DNA from: the human T2T-CHM13v2.0 reference genome, Homo sapiens | DNA: 64,000 nucleotides | Assembly (NCBI RefSeq): GCF_009914755.1 | Contig: NC_060946.1 | Strand: one strand, 5' to 3' | Shown: piece by piece, positions 29,936-46,885 of the stretch | Layout of the letters: each line of letters begins with the position of its first letter | How positions within the stretch are numbered: the stretch's first letter is position 1 | The notes under the pieces: generated by a model | Databases searched by the model: none | What the model saw: the letters and a program-made list of their open reading frames with translations, nothing else | Told to the model about the DNA's origin: nothing | Made by a program: the position numbers and the translations under genes

Positions 29936-31810
29936 TCAACCAAAGAATAAATATCCATTGGGAATTTTAAAAGTTCAGTATAGTTTATGTCTTTCTCTTA
30001 TACTATATGGCTTTAAAAGGCTTATTTCAGTTAGAGAGTGTTCATACATTGGACCAGAATCCCAGGACCAAGGGACAGACCCTGTAGATCATTCCCTTCC
30101 CCTGATCAGCCCCCGAGACTGTAGAGAGGAGAACCCGTCCTGTGACTCACTAGATTTGATTGGCTGTGACCTTTGTCTTTAACCAGTTGGAATGTTCTCA
30201 AGACCTGGACAGACACATGCCGATAAGAATCTGGCAAAAGAGAACATGGGTGGCATAGAGCTAATGGATGAGTCACTGAGGCCGGCTGGGTAGCAACAGG
30301 CTCATTTAGGCTTTAGGATTTGGCTGTGCCATGAAATGTGATGTACAGCTCTTACTACAGCCCATGCCGTAAACGTGGGGATGTTGGCGTGAATTTTAAA
30401 ATGGCTGTGCTCTGCATTATGGGCTGGTAATTGTGAAACACAGTGGTCTGGTGATGAATATTTCAAAGGAAATCATAGCAAAGATTTTGCTTGTGCAGCT
30501 GAAGTTGGTGCACTTGAATCTTAGCAAAGAATGGGAAACAATTTCTGTCATTTGAATGGCCTCAAAACCACATCTATGTAAATACGCATATGCGGGGAAA
30601 TCTCGTGAGGCCAGAAGGCCATTTGTTTTTATTTCGTGCCAAAAATTATAAGGAAAATCGAACAATGCAATTAAAGGTGAAATATTGTTCCTTTTATCAC
30701 AGTTTCTCCATTATAAAAAATAGAAGGAAAATTGTTTCTTTGCCTTAGTTCCTACATTTTAAAAAGTTTATATCATATATAAGTAATTTGCATTTAATCT
30801 TAGTCATTTTGAACTTTCATTTTGTCATTTTATAAGCAAAACTAAATCCGCCACAGAACGTGTAGTGCAGTGTTAAGAGAACTCATGTGGTAAGGCATCA
30901 GGATTTCCCCGTCTCCCAACTGGGAACTGAAGGAGAGGAGCAGCTCGGCTCTGTCCTGCTGTCCATCCCTTTGAGCTTCTCTCAAACTCCAGGGCCCTGG
31001 CCCCTGAGGAAACTCATGGCAGTTCTTAAGGGAACAATCCTGCAGGGAGACCCTTGAGAGGAAGGTTACAGGGCTGTCAGGAGCTGCCCCAGGCCTATGC
31101 ACCTTTCCCAGTGAGGGGATGCTGAGCGGGTTGAGTCTGAGTGACAGCAGAGGGGGCAGAACCAGAACCCTTTCCCAGGGCTGGGCTGGAGGCTGGCCCT
31201 GTCCACTCCTGGCTGACCCCAAGGCTGAGTCATATGGATGAGAGGTGCTGCTACATAGATGAGTCTGTTGGTAACTAGAAAAGACCACTTCAGATTAGTC
31301 CTTGGTCTTTTTGCTTTTTTTAATTATAAAAAATGTTAAATATACAGAAACATGTAGATAATAGTCTAATGAATGCCTTTGAACTTATTACCCAGCTTTA
31401 GCAAGTCAAAAAGATTTGTTTCATTTTTAAAAAGCTTCAGATCTGTTGTCTATTTCTTGTTTAGAAACACATTTCACATGTACTACGGAAGCCTCTTCTC
31501 TTCCTTTCCTCTCCTTGGCAGTCTGTGGTTTCGCCTAAACTTTGTATTCATCATCTTTTTAGTTCTTGCCCATCTGGAAACTAGGAACTGGCCTCTCACC
31601 TGATCCACTGCGCTGAATGCCCCAGATTTTTTCTCTTGTGGATTCTTTGGAGGATTTTGAAGTAGAATACATTCTGGATACGAATCCTTTGTCAGTCACA
31701 TACCCACTACAAATACCTTTTTCCAGTTTGTGATTGAGAAATCTTAATTATAGTGTCTTTTGTCATACAGAAGTTTAAAATTTGGGGGTAGTTAACTTCA
31801 TCAGTTTTTA

Positions 31811-32227
<417 letters not shown>

Positions 32228-32620
32228 TCATTCTTCCACGTGGATAGCCAGTTGTTTTCTCTGTACCATTGATGGAACGTTCCATCCTTTGCCTTCTGGC
32301 TGGCACTGCTGTGCCTGTCATGGATGATTGTGTGTCCACATCAGTATGGGCATGGCCACGTGGCCTCCACATGAGTATGGGCGTGGCCCCGTGTCCTCTG
32401 TTCCACTGCTCTTTCTGTCCGGGGCCTAGGCCACGTGGCCTCCATTAGTCCCACAAAATGTCTTGCTGTCTGATACAGTCTTCACCTTGTCGTTTTGTCT
32501 TTGCAGTTGTCATGCTAGTTTTGGCCCTTTGCTCTTCAATATCAACTTTGGAATATGCTTTAATTCTACAAAAATCCTGGATAAATGATAGGGAGTTTTT
32601 ATTAGAAGTGCATTGAATTG

Positions 32621-33013
<393 letters not shown>

Positions 33014-33794
33014 TTAGGTTTTCTTTTATGTCTTTCAGGTAACTTTTACATCATTTCCAAAAGTGTCTTGCATATATTTGTGTAATATATTCCTGTGTTC
33101 TTCTGTCCCTCTCACTCAGCAAAAATTCTGCAGGGGTGGGCTCCCTGTGCCCAGAGGTTGCCTACCTGCCTTTGCCTTTGACTGGTCAGAATACCCTTTC
33201 ATCTGTTTACCTGGAAGTAGGAGGGGCTCTGAGTGCTAGGTATCCCCTGGGAGTGGTGGGGGCCCCTGCTACTGTGCAGCTGTCCTTTGGAGCAGCTCTC
33301 ATGGCATGCTGGCTGCTTTATTAGATACAATTTACTGGACGTAGTAAAGAAAAAAAAAAGAAAAAGAAAAAAAATCAGGATTGGGAGATTTCAGCTGTCT
33401 AATCCAATTGCAATAGGATCAGGACTTGTTAATGGTCATTTCCAAGGCACGTGGGCTCTTCCGTGAAATGTTTTTCCCTTAACTAGAGAGATGTGTTATT
33501 TTTAAAGATGGTGTTGGCTCTAAGAAGAGTATTTCTCCTTGACCTCCAGAACCCCCTGTCCCCAGAGTCCTACCCTTTTCCCAGGGTGAGCGTTTTAAGA
33601 GGAGATTCTTCTCATGGACTTGTTTTTCACAGGGGTGATGGGGCAGCATGGGGCGTGTCCAAACACAGCCCTGACCTCACTTATGGCTGTTCTGACACCC
33701 TGATGCTGCCACCCCCAGGTGGCCTGTGCATTGTGGGGCCGCACCACAGGAACTGGACACTCTTCCCTGTGTACTGCACAGCAGAAGCCATGCT

Positions 33795-33983
33795 CCCCAA
33801 CCCCATGCACCAGGCTGCCCTGGGGAAGGGCCAGGCGAGGCATCCCCCCGACTCCATGTACCAGGTTGCCCTGGGGAAGGGCCAGGTGAGGCATCTCCCC
33901 GACTCCATGCACCAGGCTGCCCTGGGGAAGGGCCAGGTGAGGCATCCCCCCGACTCCATGTGTTAGGCTGCCCTGGGGACAGG
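33795..33983. repeat. 51-bp minisatellite, about 3.6 copies
   Basis: Unit ccccgactccatgcaccaggctgccctggggaagggccaggtgaggcatcc. Confidence 0.93.
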
Positions 33984-34483
33984 TCAGATGACTCGCATAA
34001 TGGGTGGCTTGGGGTCTGGAGGTTCCTCCCTGTTGCCCGTTAACTTTGCTGACAGTCCTGCCCTCGCTGGGCTGAGACGGGGACACCAGGGAGTCATGCA
34101 GCCATTAGTCGCACAGTGTCTCTGGCAAACAGCTGTGCTCTGAGCTCCGACTGGGACCTCCTGTGAGGACAGGAGCCAGGGTCTCTGGAGAGCCTGCAGG
34201 CGTAGGGGGCAGTCAGGTGCTGTTGTTGACTCAGCGAGCTTGCACACAGTAGCCCCAAACCCTGACTGCGGGGGCTCCTGAAGATGAATTTCCCATCCTA
34301 GCCAGTGGGGCTAATCCAGGGAAAACCCCTCTTTACTCAGACCCTGACACAGGGGTCCCAATGCCAAGGCTGCTGCAGAGGTGAAAGTTCCACCCTCAGA
34401 AAGCCAGGAGTCCTGAGCGCTTACCCTGTGCTGTGCTGGGTGTCACCGTGTGGAAGTGCAGACCCTGCTCTTCAGAGCCTTAG

Positions 34484-35233
<750 letters not shown>

Positions 35234-35473
35234 TGAGGGCCTCGAGCACCAGAGAAACGAGGTGGGGCGGCCTGGGGCTGTGTGGACTGGGCTGCAGGCC
35301 TGAGAGTGGGTAGATGCTGACAGACAGAGCCAAGATTGCAGGTCAAAGGCAGTGTTTGCAATGAAAACTCTAGGGGGCTGAAACCCAGCTGGGTGGCTTC
35401 CAGGGCGCTGCCTGGCCCATCCCTGCAGCTGCAGGCCGGTCCTGGCTTGTTCTTAGTACTTCACACAGTGCCA

Positions 35474-35748
35474 TGCAGGGGTGAGGCGTCAGGGCACAGG
35501 GGTGAGGTGTCAGGGCACAGGAATGAGGCTGTGGAGTGCAAGGGTGAGGCCTCAGGGCACAAGAGTGAGGCTGTGGAGTGCAGGGGTGAGGCATGGGGAA
35601 TAGGAATGAGGCCTTTGGGCACAGGGGTAAGCCTGGAGAGTAGGGGTAAGGCCTGAGAGCACAGGAGTAAGGCTGTGGGGTGCAGGGGCAAGGCCTGGAG
35701 AGCAGGGATGAAGCCCTGGGGCACAGGGGTGAGGCCTCGGGGAACGGG
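35474..35748. repeat. Degenerate 21-bp tandem repeat (caggggtgaggc core)
   Basis: About 13 diverged units such as gcacaggggtgaggcctcagg and gtgcaggggtgaggctgtgga. Confidence 0.85.
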
Positions 35749-36094
35749 TGATATGGTTTGGCTGTGTCCCCACCCAAATCTCATCTTGAACTCCCACATG
35801 TTGTGGGAGGTAATAGAATCATGGGGGCAGGTCTTTCCCATGCTGTTCTCATGATGGTGAATAAGTCTCCTGAGATCCGATGGTTTTAAAAAGAGGTGCT
35901 CCTCTGCACACGCTCTCTCCTTTTTTGGCCTGCCACCATCCACGTAAGACGTGACTTGCTCCTCTTTTCCTTCCGCCATGATTGTAAGGGCTCCCCAGCC
36001 ATGTGGAACTGTAAATCCGATTAAACCTCTGTCTTTTGTAAATTGCCCAGTCTCAGGTATGTCTTTATCAGCCACGTGAAAACGGACTCATACA
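35749..36094 (+). mobile_element. THE1 (MaLR) solo LTR, THE1A/B-like
   Basis: tgatatggtttggctgtgtccccacccaaatctcatcttgaa ... ccatgtggaactgtaa ... aaacggactcataca. Flanks acggg / agggg. Confidence 0.93.
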
Positions 36095-39000
36095 AGGGGT
36101 GAGGTGGGCCCCTCCTCCCCTTCCCGCAGTAGGCTGCCGTCTTCAAAGCAGAGTCCTGTCTACCAACAGCTCGCCTCAGAGGGATCGCTTGGTCTCTGGT
36201 TAGGCAGTTAGAGCCTCGGCTGAATGAGCTTTGGGCTTCTGTGAGCTTGCCAGGATCTGCTTAAAAGAACCATATTTCTCTTCCATTGCAAAGTGTGGAA
36301 ACGTGCCCGATTTGCATGGCACTCCCGGGAGCCCTTGGGTATTGTGCTTCAGTGTGGCCCCAGCAGACTTATTGTTGAGTCATCAGTCAAAGCTGCTGTT
36401 TCTTTCATTAGCGATTAAGAGAGGGGAATATTGAAGTGATCTGAAATAAAAATTGTCAAAGTGTTCTTTTGTTGTATTAATCAGAACCATATTCATCATT
36501 CGAGGGAATCCTAAAATATTCCTGACTCGCTCGTTAAATGACACCTGAGTGTTTCCTCTGCAGACTGGCAGTGTGAGGAAGACTGGAAGTGTCCCCCTAC
36601 CCCCCAAACCAGAGAAGAAGCAGGGACAGGCTTGGGGCATTGTTTCACCAGGAGTGCTGGATGCTGGGCCGGCCTCTAGAGCCTGTCACTGCCCTGGTCG
36701 GGCTAGGTATGTCCTTCCAGCTTCTCCGTCTCTCTAGACCTTGGCCGGGTCCGAGACCTGTGGGAGTTTCCCAATGCAGCGACCAGCTGCCTCAGCCATG
36801 CCTGTGGGGCGAGGCGGCCAAGGCCCCAGGAGGAAAGGAGCAGTTTCCCCAGCATCCTCGGTACTCAGACGGGACATGCTTGGTTTCCAAGGCCAGTGGG
36901 TTCCAGGGTTTGATTGTGTGTTGGGGTTTTTCTCAAGTGCTAGGGCTGTAACAGACCGGCGCCAGCAGGAACAGGCCCAGCACTGGAGGCCAATGTGAAG
37001 GGGTCACAGGACAGTGGGGGCACCGAGTTAGGTGGATGGGGCCTCATATGCCTTGAGGGGAACTGGGGGCTTCATCTTCCTTGACGGGAGATGGGGAGCC
37101 TCTGACTGTTAGGATCCGCCCACTACATCGTACCCATTGCACATGGCACATGGCAGACAGCTGCCCTTGCTCCAGTGATGTCCAGAATTTACCTGGTGCA
37201 GGGTAGCTGAGCACTCCACTCCCAATCCAGAATATTCCACACAATGATGGTATTTCCTCATCTAGTCTTTTTGGCTTTCTGCTGGGAGAAGAAGGGAGAG
37301 CTTACGGTTTCGCAGGTGACCAGCTCAAGACCTTTGTTTCAGGGTAGGGGGAGGAAACCGTTTCCGTCCCCCAACCCCCACTTGCCGTTGCTGCAGAACA
37401 GTCCTGAGTATCTGCTGAAGGTTCATCGCTGAGGATCCTTTCTCAGTCTCTGGCGCCTTCCTTTACCTCCCCAAAGTAGCCCGGAGCCTGGAGAACGGGG
37501 AGATCTTGATTTTCAGGACAGGCCTGGTGGCATGGAGGTGGGGGATGCCAGAAGTGGCCTTGCGCTACGCACCTCCCTGTGAGTCAGCCAGTGCTCATCC
37601 CACAGCCCCGGGGGCTTCTCCACGCCACAGCCTCCTCCTGCTTGACCCACCCCAGGCGTGTGCCTCTCACTGAAGGGGATGGAGCCCCCGGTCCTGAGTG
37701 GGCTCTGGCCAAGGCCAGGTGCCCAGGGCTGGCCTGTGGCCACTGCTCACGCCTCCCTGTTTTCCCACTGAGTGCTGGGTGATATTTATTGTCTGGATTA
37801 TGCCTCATTAAAGCAGAAGCCCATTTTCCATAGATGATATGAGTTTTTTATTTATTAAATTAGTTTTAAGATAATTTACCAAGTCATCCAAGACAAATAA
37901 TCCACTTAAGTGATGCCGTAAAGCTCTGTTTTCCCCCAGTGCTGTGTTTCTGGGAAAGCATGCCCTCTCCTAAGTTCTGCTCCCTGGTTGGAGACATCTT
38001 GTGAGCGGCAGAATTTACAGTCCAGCCTTACTAATTCAGAGTAGGATTGGGTAGGAGGGCTGGCTGGGGGCTGACCTTTGCACTCCCTGGTTAAATAAAA
38101 GGCTGTTAAGCAAATTCAGAGTGTAAACAGGATTCCTTGGAGAACCCATCATTCTGGAACTTCCCAGAGTACTCCTGGAGACCTTTCCTTCTCAGTATTT
38201 GCAATGCTAATTACCAATCACGTGCTACTCAGGGCTGGTTCCCTCAGGGCCTCACATACCTGAAGGTTTTTGTTTGTTCAGGTCACCTAAGGTATTTAAA
38301 AGGAAAGACACACATTTCTTCCCCCCTCTCCCAAACCCTCACCCTCACCCCAGAAAGAGGTACGTTGCTCTAGGTACATTCTCAGTGCCGAGCTTCCATG
38401 CACCCAGCCTGTCCCTTTCCCCAGGCTCCTGGTAACCCAAGGTGGTGGATTTGGGGGTGTGTGTGTAATTTCGTTCGGTTTCCATTCCTACTCTTAGTCT
38501 TGGGGCTGGGATTAGAATGAAGAAGGGGTCACAGAGGGAAAGCTGACACAGGGGACACACTGGACCATGACAGTGTGGCATGTGCCGCGGAGACATGGCC
38601 AGGGCTCCTGGGAAGAAGGGGTGGAGACAGCCCACTGCCTGGGAGAAAGGGGGAAGATCCTGAAGAATGAATGGGTTTATCTAGGGGAACAAACCCAGGA
38701 GCATTCCCTCGTGGGGCAGCAGAATGCCTAAGACAGCCAAGGCTGCAAAGGGTTGGAATACCAGATGCAGGGTGGGTAGGGACCGGATGTCCGGTCTGCT
38801 CTGCCTCATTTCTACTTGATCCTGAAGGCAGTGGGTATTTAAAAATAAAATGGTGACATGATAGGAGCCCGCTGAATTAGAAAGGGCATCCTAGTTACAG
38901 TGCAGAGAGGGCTGACGTGCCCAGAGAATGGGATATAGGGGTCGCAGTGGCATTTAAACTCAGTTGAAATATTTGGTCAATTTTAATTCCAACACAAACA

Positions 39001-39311
39001 TGTAACATTTTAATGGCTGTATATGTTTTAATGGGTATTGAGGACTAAGCTCTGATTTTTTTTTATCTTGCCCAAATTCCTGTTTAACGGGTCTGGAGAG
39101 TCAGGCCCTACAAACCATACATAAATTCTCATCAGATGGGTTTTAATTAACCGTATATATCATGACTTACTTTCCAGCCTGACTTTGGGATAACATTATA
39201 TGACAAAGAAGAAATTCAAAATATTTTACCCCAAAACGTGTTTTTTTTGCCATATTTGGAAATGGCAAAGCTGTCCTTTGTGGGGGAAAATTTGCGTCTG
39301 TAAAGAATCTT

Positions 39312-39604
39312 GGCTGGGCACGGTGGCTCACGCCTGTAATCTCAGCACTTTGGGAGGCAGAGGCAGGCGGATCATGAGGTCAGGAGTTTGAGACCAGCCT
39401 GGCCAATATGGTGCAACCCTGTCTCTGCTAAAAATATAAAAAATTAGCTAGGTGTGGTGGTGTGTGCCTGTAGTCCCAGCTACTTGGGAGGCTGAGGCAG
39501 GAGAATTGCTTGAATGCAGGAGGCAGGGAGGTTGCAGTCAGCCGAGATCATGCAACTGCACTCCAGCCTGGGTGACAGAGTGAGACTCTGTCTCAAAAAC
39601 AAAA
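39312..39604 (+). mobile_element. Alu (AluSg-like) within MER4
   Basis: gatcatgaggtcaggagtttg. TSD aaagaatct. Confidence 0.93.
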
Positions 39605-39699
39605 AAGAATCTCTATTAACATAGCTAGATTTTTTTCTTCCAGGCCCTCCCAATCCTAAAGAGATTAAGAGTCCAGCACCTTTTAAAGATTCAATAGAT

Positions 39700-40017
<318 letters not shown>

Positions 40018-42056
40018 CTATTGTCTCTAAGAGCAGCCACTATAAGACTTCAAAAGAACCTTGGTCTCCACAGTCTTTTATCTTAACCTGGACATTTCCT
40101 TTCTATTATCCCAGATCTTTAGACAAACTCAACCAGTTGTCAACTAGAACATGTATAAATTCACCTATTGCCTGGGAACAACCCCCCGACCGTTGCTGCT
40201 GCCACCTTTCACTTGTCCCCCCTTTCTGGACCAAACCAGTGTATTTCTTAAATGTATTTGATTGATGTCTCATGACTCCCTAAAATGTATAAAATCAAGC
40301 TGCACCCTGACCCCCTTGGGCACATGCTCTCAGGACCTCCTGAGGGCTGTATCATCGGCCATGGTCACTCATATTTGGCTCAGAATAAATCTCTTTAAAT
40401 ATTTTACAGAGTTTGATTCTTTTCGTCAATAATATCATAAAAAAAAAACCTAGCTCATCAAACCTGTACTACAAAGCCACAGTAGCAACATATTTAAGAT
40501 TCTTGAAATGAGTGGATTAAAAAAAAAAATAATAGGGCAGAGCCTCCTCTTTCCGGTGGTGTGGTGAATGTGGTGTCCGAAAGACCCTCCTGTTTTTGGT
40601 ATGAATACACCAAATAATGCTGGTGTGCTTTTAAGAAACATAACCACAAAGGTGAGACTATCAGAGACCAGAAATCTCGAGAAAATACAAATCTAGAGAG
40701 TTAGGGGAGCAACATCAAAGCTGGTCTTTACCCAGGGGTATCTGCCAGTTGATTTTAATGAGCCACTGGCAGGAGTCAAAACCTGGGGACTGTTTTGTTC
40801 AGGGACTGAACAGTTGTTTGTGTTTGTCTTTCTTAGCCTTGGCCAGGTTAAAGGAGAAAGAAAGAACCCTCCCCTTCCTCAGAATTTCCAACTACAATCC
40901 TACATTCACATGGATTGGGGGAGCCCCCGTTCATGTTACTTATTTGACCTAAAAAAATTGCAAGCTAAAAATTTGGTTTAATGTAGTCTGGGATAACAAG
41001 GCCCTCAGGCTCTAGAGAAGCAAATATAGGTTTCCCACCCCCCCACTCCCCAAAGAAAAGCCTCAAAGAATTCCAATAGATATACATTCTAAGGAGCATA
41101 ATGACAGGAGAAGTCACTGAAGTACAAGGAAGCAAGCCACTGGGGGCAAGAATCAGCAGTGAAAACAGACTGCAGAAAGAGATCTACAGAGATTTTAGAA
41201 TTATCTGCGACATGCTATAAAAATAAGCTTATACATTTTAAATAATACAAAGAAAGGTATTGAATGGAAGAAGGAGGAGTAACTATCAATTTACAAGGCA
41301 GAATTGAAGAAATAACCAAGGTTCAAATGTAATAGATAAGTGAAACAAATTGTGACAAAGTTGAAGAGATTATTAATGAACTAGAAGAGATATTTGAGGA
41401 AAGTACTTGTCCCAGAAAGACAAAGAGATGGAAGATATAAAAAGAGAGGCTAAAGGAAATGGAGGATAGAATGAAAAGACCCCAACTCTATATGATCTGA
41501 GTTGTGAGAAAATAAAGAGAATGGGTGCAAATGGATGTTTGATAGGAGATAATGGATGACCATTTCCAAAACTGATGAAAACTACTTATTCCCCAGATTC
41601 AGAAAGACCAATATCTCTAGCAGAATAAATATCACAAGGAAACCGCAAAACATCCAAGACAAAGAAGTTATTCACAAGCAGCCAGAGAGGAAAGTTAGAT
41701 TGCTTATGAAGGAATGACAAATAGATTGATAGCATTCAATAGCGGAGGCTAGAAGATGATAGAGTATCATCTTTTAAAATAATAACCAACTTAGAACAAT
41801 ATATCCAGCAAACTATCTTTCAAGAATGAGAATAAAGACATTTTTAGACAAATGAACTCTGAGAGGGTTTACAACCAAAAGACCCTAAAACCCTCTCATT
41901 AAAGGAGCTTCTAAAGGTTGAATTTAAAGAAGGATAATAATTTCCAAAGAAAGGTCTAGGTGCAAGAAGAAATAATGAGGAAAAAAAAAGGGTAAAGTCA
42001 TGAATAACTCTAAACAAACATATATGAAAGAACAAGAAGAAGATCTCCATTTATAA

Positions 42057-42241
42057 CTTTCGGAGGCTGAGGTGGGTGGATCACAGGGTTAAGAGATCGA
42101 GACCATCCTGGCCAACATGTTGAAACCTCGTCTCTACAACCTGGGAGGAGGTTTCAGTGAGCCGAGATCATGCCCCTGCACTCCAGTCTGGCGACAGAGC
42201 GAGACTCCATCTCAAAAAACACAACAAAACAAAAAACAAAA
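42057..42241 (+). mobile_element. AluSc-like element, 5'-truncated and internally deleted
   Basis: aagagatcgagaccatcctggcc ... tctctac joined directly to aacctgggagg, followed by ctggcgacagagc. Confidence 0.85.
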
Positions 42242-43762
42242 GCCACAATGGAACTGAAATTCTGGAAACCATGAGTACATAGCTAGGGAAGATTAGGTCA
42301 GTGTGTGGTGCTGGTATGACTAGAATTAAAATATTCTTAATTTTTTGTACTGTTTGGGAGGAGGATAAAGATAACAATTCATTTTAGATCATTAAGTTAA
42401 ATATACATGTTAAAATTTGTAGAGGGGCTATTAAAATAATAGAAACAATTCAGTAACTTCCAGATTCATTGGGGTTAGGGCATTAGAATGTAGAGGGAAG
42501 TAGATTAGTCCACATGTAGGCCAGAAAGACAAATGCTAGAAAAAGTAGAACAGTTGGAAACCTCGAAATGAGAGCATGTGAATTAACCTGAATGTATCAG
42601 GAGTCACAGCCAGCAGGGACCAAGATCTTTGGTTAGAAAGCATGGCTGGAGTTTAAAAACCCAGTGCTGTGCTAGTTATGAGAGAAATATAAGGAAATAA
42701 AGAATAGAGGGGAACCCAACAACTACCAACAAGCAGAAATCGAGGTTTTCAGGACCCTATTTTCAATATCATCAAAAATATGAACCTGTTAGGGAAAATC
42801 TAAAAACAGATATAATAGACCTGTAGTGAGAAAACTATAAAACACTGGTGAAGAGAAAGAAGATCTGATTAAACGAAGAGCTATATCATGGTCATGAGTC
42901 AGAAGACTGATTAAGAGCTATGCTATGGTCATGAGTCAGAAATCCCAGCAAGCTTTTCTGTAAAAATTGGCAAAACAGGTTCTAAAACTTACACAGAAAT
43001 GCAGAAGATATGGAATAGCCAGAGCAGCCTTGAAAAAGAAGAAGACACAAGTGAGGACTAGCACTAGCTGAAGTTTAGTCTTTCAGCAAATTGCTGGAAC
43101 AATTGGATATCCATGTGCATACAAATGAACTTCCATACTTTTTACCATATACAAAAATTAACTCAAAATGGATTATAGATCTAAAGTAAAACTTTATAAA
43201 CCTTCTAGAAGAAAACCTTTATGCCCTTGAGTTAGGTAATGATTTTTTAGATAAGACACCAACAGCATGATCTGTAAAAGAACAAAGTACTAGGTTGACC
43301 CTCACCAAAATTTAAAACCCACGATCTTCAAAAGTCACTATTAAGAGGATGAAAAGAGGAGGCATGGGGAGAAAACATTTGCAAAGCATGTATTTGATAA
43401 AAGGTTTATATCAAAACTAGTGGCAGTTTTTTCAAAAGGTAAATATACTCCTACCATATGATCCAGCTGTTCTATTCCTAAGTATTTATCCAAGCAAAAT
43501 AAAAGCCTATGTCCATTCAAAGATGAGTACACAAATGTTCATGGCATCTCTCTGCATAGTAGCCCCAAGCTAGAAACAATTCAGTCCATCCACAGATGAA
43601 TGGATAAACAAACTGTGGTATATCCAAGCAGTGGGTGCTGCTCAGCATGTATAGAAATGATCTATTCATCCGTGCAGTGTCATGGATGAATCTAAGGTAA
43701 TCACCCTGTGTGGAAAAGCCAGACCAAAACCAAATGTGTATTATATGATTCCCTTTATTTGA

Positions 43763-44276
<514 letters not shown>

Positions 44277-44829
44277 TGAAATATGTAAAGTTTATCGTAT
44301 GAGAGTTATACCTCAGGAGAGCTGTTTAAGATACATTACCGAACAAAAACTGATAGGTAGTTTTAGTCATATTAGACTCCTTCCTCCTGACTAGAGACTT
44401 CAGAGCAAAAGCCCTGCGTGAGGTTAGAGGTCATAAGTATTTGTACTGTTTAGTACACCAGGAAGAGAAAACAATTTTGAATTTGTATGCTCCTGATAAC
44501 ATAGCTTCCAAACACAGAAAACAAAGATTGGCAGAACCATAAGGAGAAAGACATACACTCACTGTCATAATGGGAGTTTTGAAGCATACCTGTCAGTTAT
44601 TGATAGATTATAAGCAGACAAAAAAAACCAGTCAGGATTTATAGGAAACTCGAACAACGCTGTTGATGAACTTTATTTAGTGGACGTATGCAGGGCACTG
44701 TATCCAGGAACTCTTAGAATATGCACCCTCTTCATGTTCTGTGGTCTGGCCCCAGCTCGCTGGTCATTCCTGTGGGTCGTTCAGTCCTTGGTGTTTATTT
44801 CTGGCCCGAATCACTAGCCACTCTCTGGG

Positions 44830-45960
<1,131 letters not shown>

Positions 45961-46349
45961 TTAATGAACCACTGACAGTAGTCCTATAGATGTTGCATGG
46001 GCAAGGCAGAGAAGGTAGCACCCCAAGAACTGGAGTTTGGGGAACCCTCAGTCTTTGCAGTTGGCCGTGCGTGCTTGAACTAACACCATAGCCCCAAGGT
46101 GTGCAAGCCCCGAGCCTCGGTGTGGGAGGGCCTCTGGGAGCTGACAGTGGTCCTGGGTTTCCGGGATGAGTAAGGGGTAGATATCTCAAGAAGGGGGAGC
46201 AGGGAAGCCTTGTTTGATGACAGTGAGGAGAGACATGGGTGGTGATTTGAGGGGCGTGAGCCGTGTCCTTCCGCGTCCGTGGCTTCCGAGTAGCATCATT
46301 TCCCTGTTCATTTCCCAGGGAGACCCGGACCGGGTTGTGGTCCCAGGCC

Positions 46350-46480
46350 CAGTGCCTGATCTCCGGCTTGACTGGGCTCAGCCTTGTTTCCTCATCTGTG
46401 GAGTGGGAGGAGGCCTCCCTCACGCGCCCTTTGTGAGGAGTAGACTCTGTGTCTGGCATGGCACCAGCACACGTTGAATT
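46350..46480 (+). mobile_element. MIR fragment
   Basis: ccttgtttcctcatctgtggagtggg ... ttgtgaggag ... gtctggcatggcaccagcac. Confidence 0.6.
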
Positions 46481-46789
46481 TGTCTCTTATCCTTTTTGGC
46501 TATTGTCTGCGCAAGAGAGAAGAATGAACAACCGCTTCTGAGGCTGTCTGAAGCTTGGTCTGCTGTTCACATGCTGTTTATCAGGCTGCTGGAACTTAAA
46601 GAGAAAATGGTGTTTGTTTTAATGGAATGAGGATTTTGAAATTAAGGCATTAAGTAAAAGTGAGTCAACACAAGCTTTGGTTTCCTCTGAACCCTGACTA
46701 GATAAACCCTGACTGTCGCAGATAACCTCGCAGTGATGTTAATGGGTCACGCGTTACAATTTCTCTCTTGGTTATTTTTTCTCTTTTAG

Positions 46790-46885
46790 TCTGAACCGGA
46801 CGGCTTTTCTCATTTCCACTTGTACGTGTGCGCTGCTTTTCTCGTGAGATGGAGGAAGGAAATACTAGAAGAAAAAGATTTTCAA
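46790..46885 (+). CDS. TBC1D22A: Internal coding exon (96 nt, phase 0/0) of TBC1 domain family member 22A (Rab-GAP), C-terminal TBC region; probably the penultimate exon
   Basis: Polypyrimidine tract plus AG (ttttttctcttttAG, AG at 46788-46789) and consensus donor CAA|GTAAGT at 46886. The 32 open codons read SEPDGFSHFHLYVCAAFLVRWRKEILEEKDFQ, which I recall as the TBC1D22A segment between WDTYQ and ELLLFLQNLPT. No other TBC exon was found in the window. Confidence 0.95.

Noticed and set aside
33346-33374. Orphan A-rich tract as a possible retrocopy tail
   Set aside because: No recognisable upstream body or TSD, so it is treated as simple low-complexity sequence.
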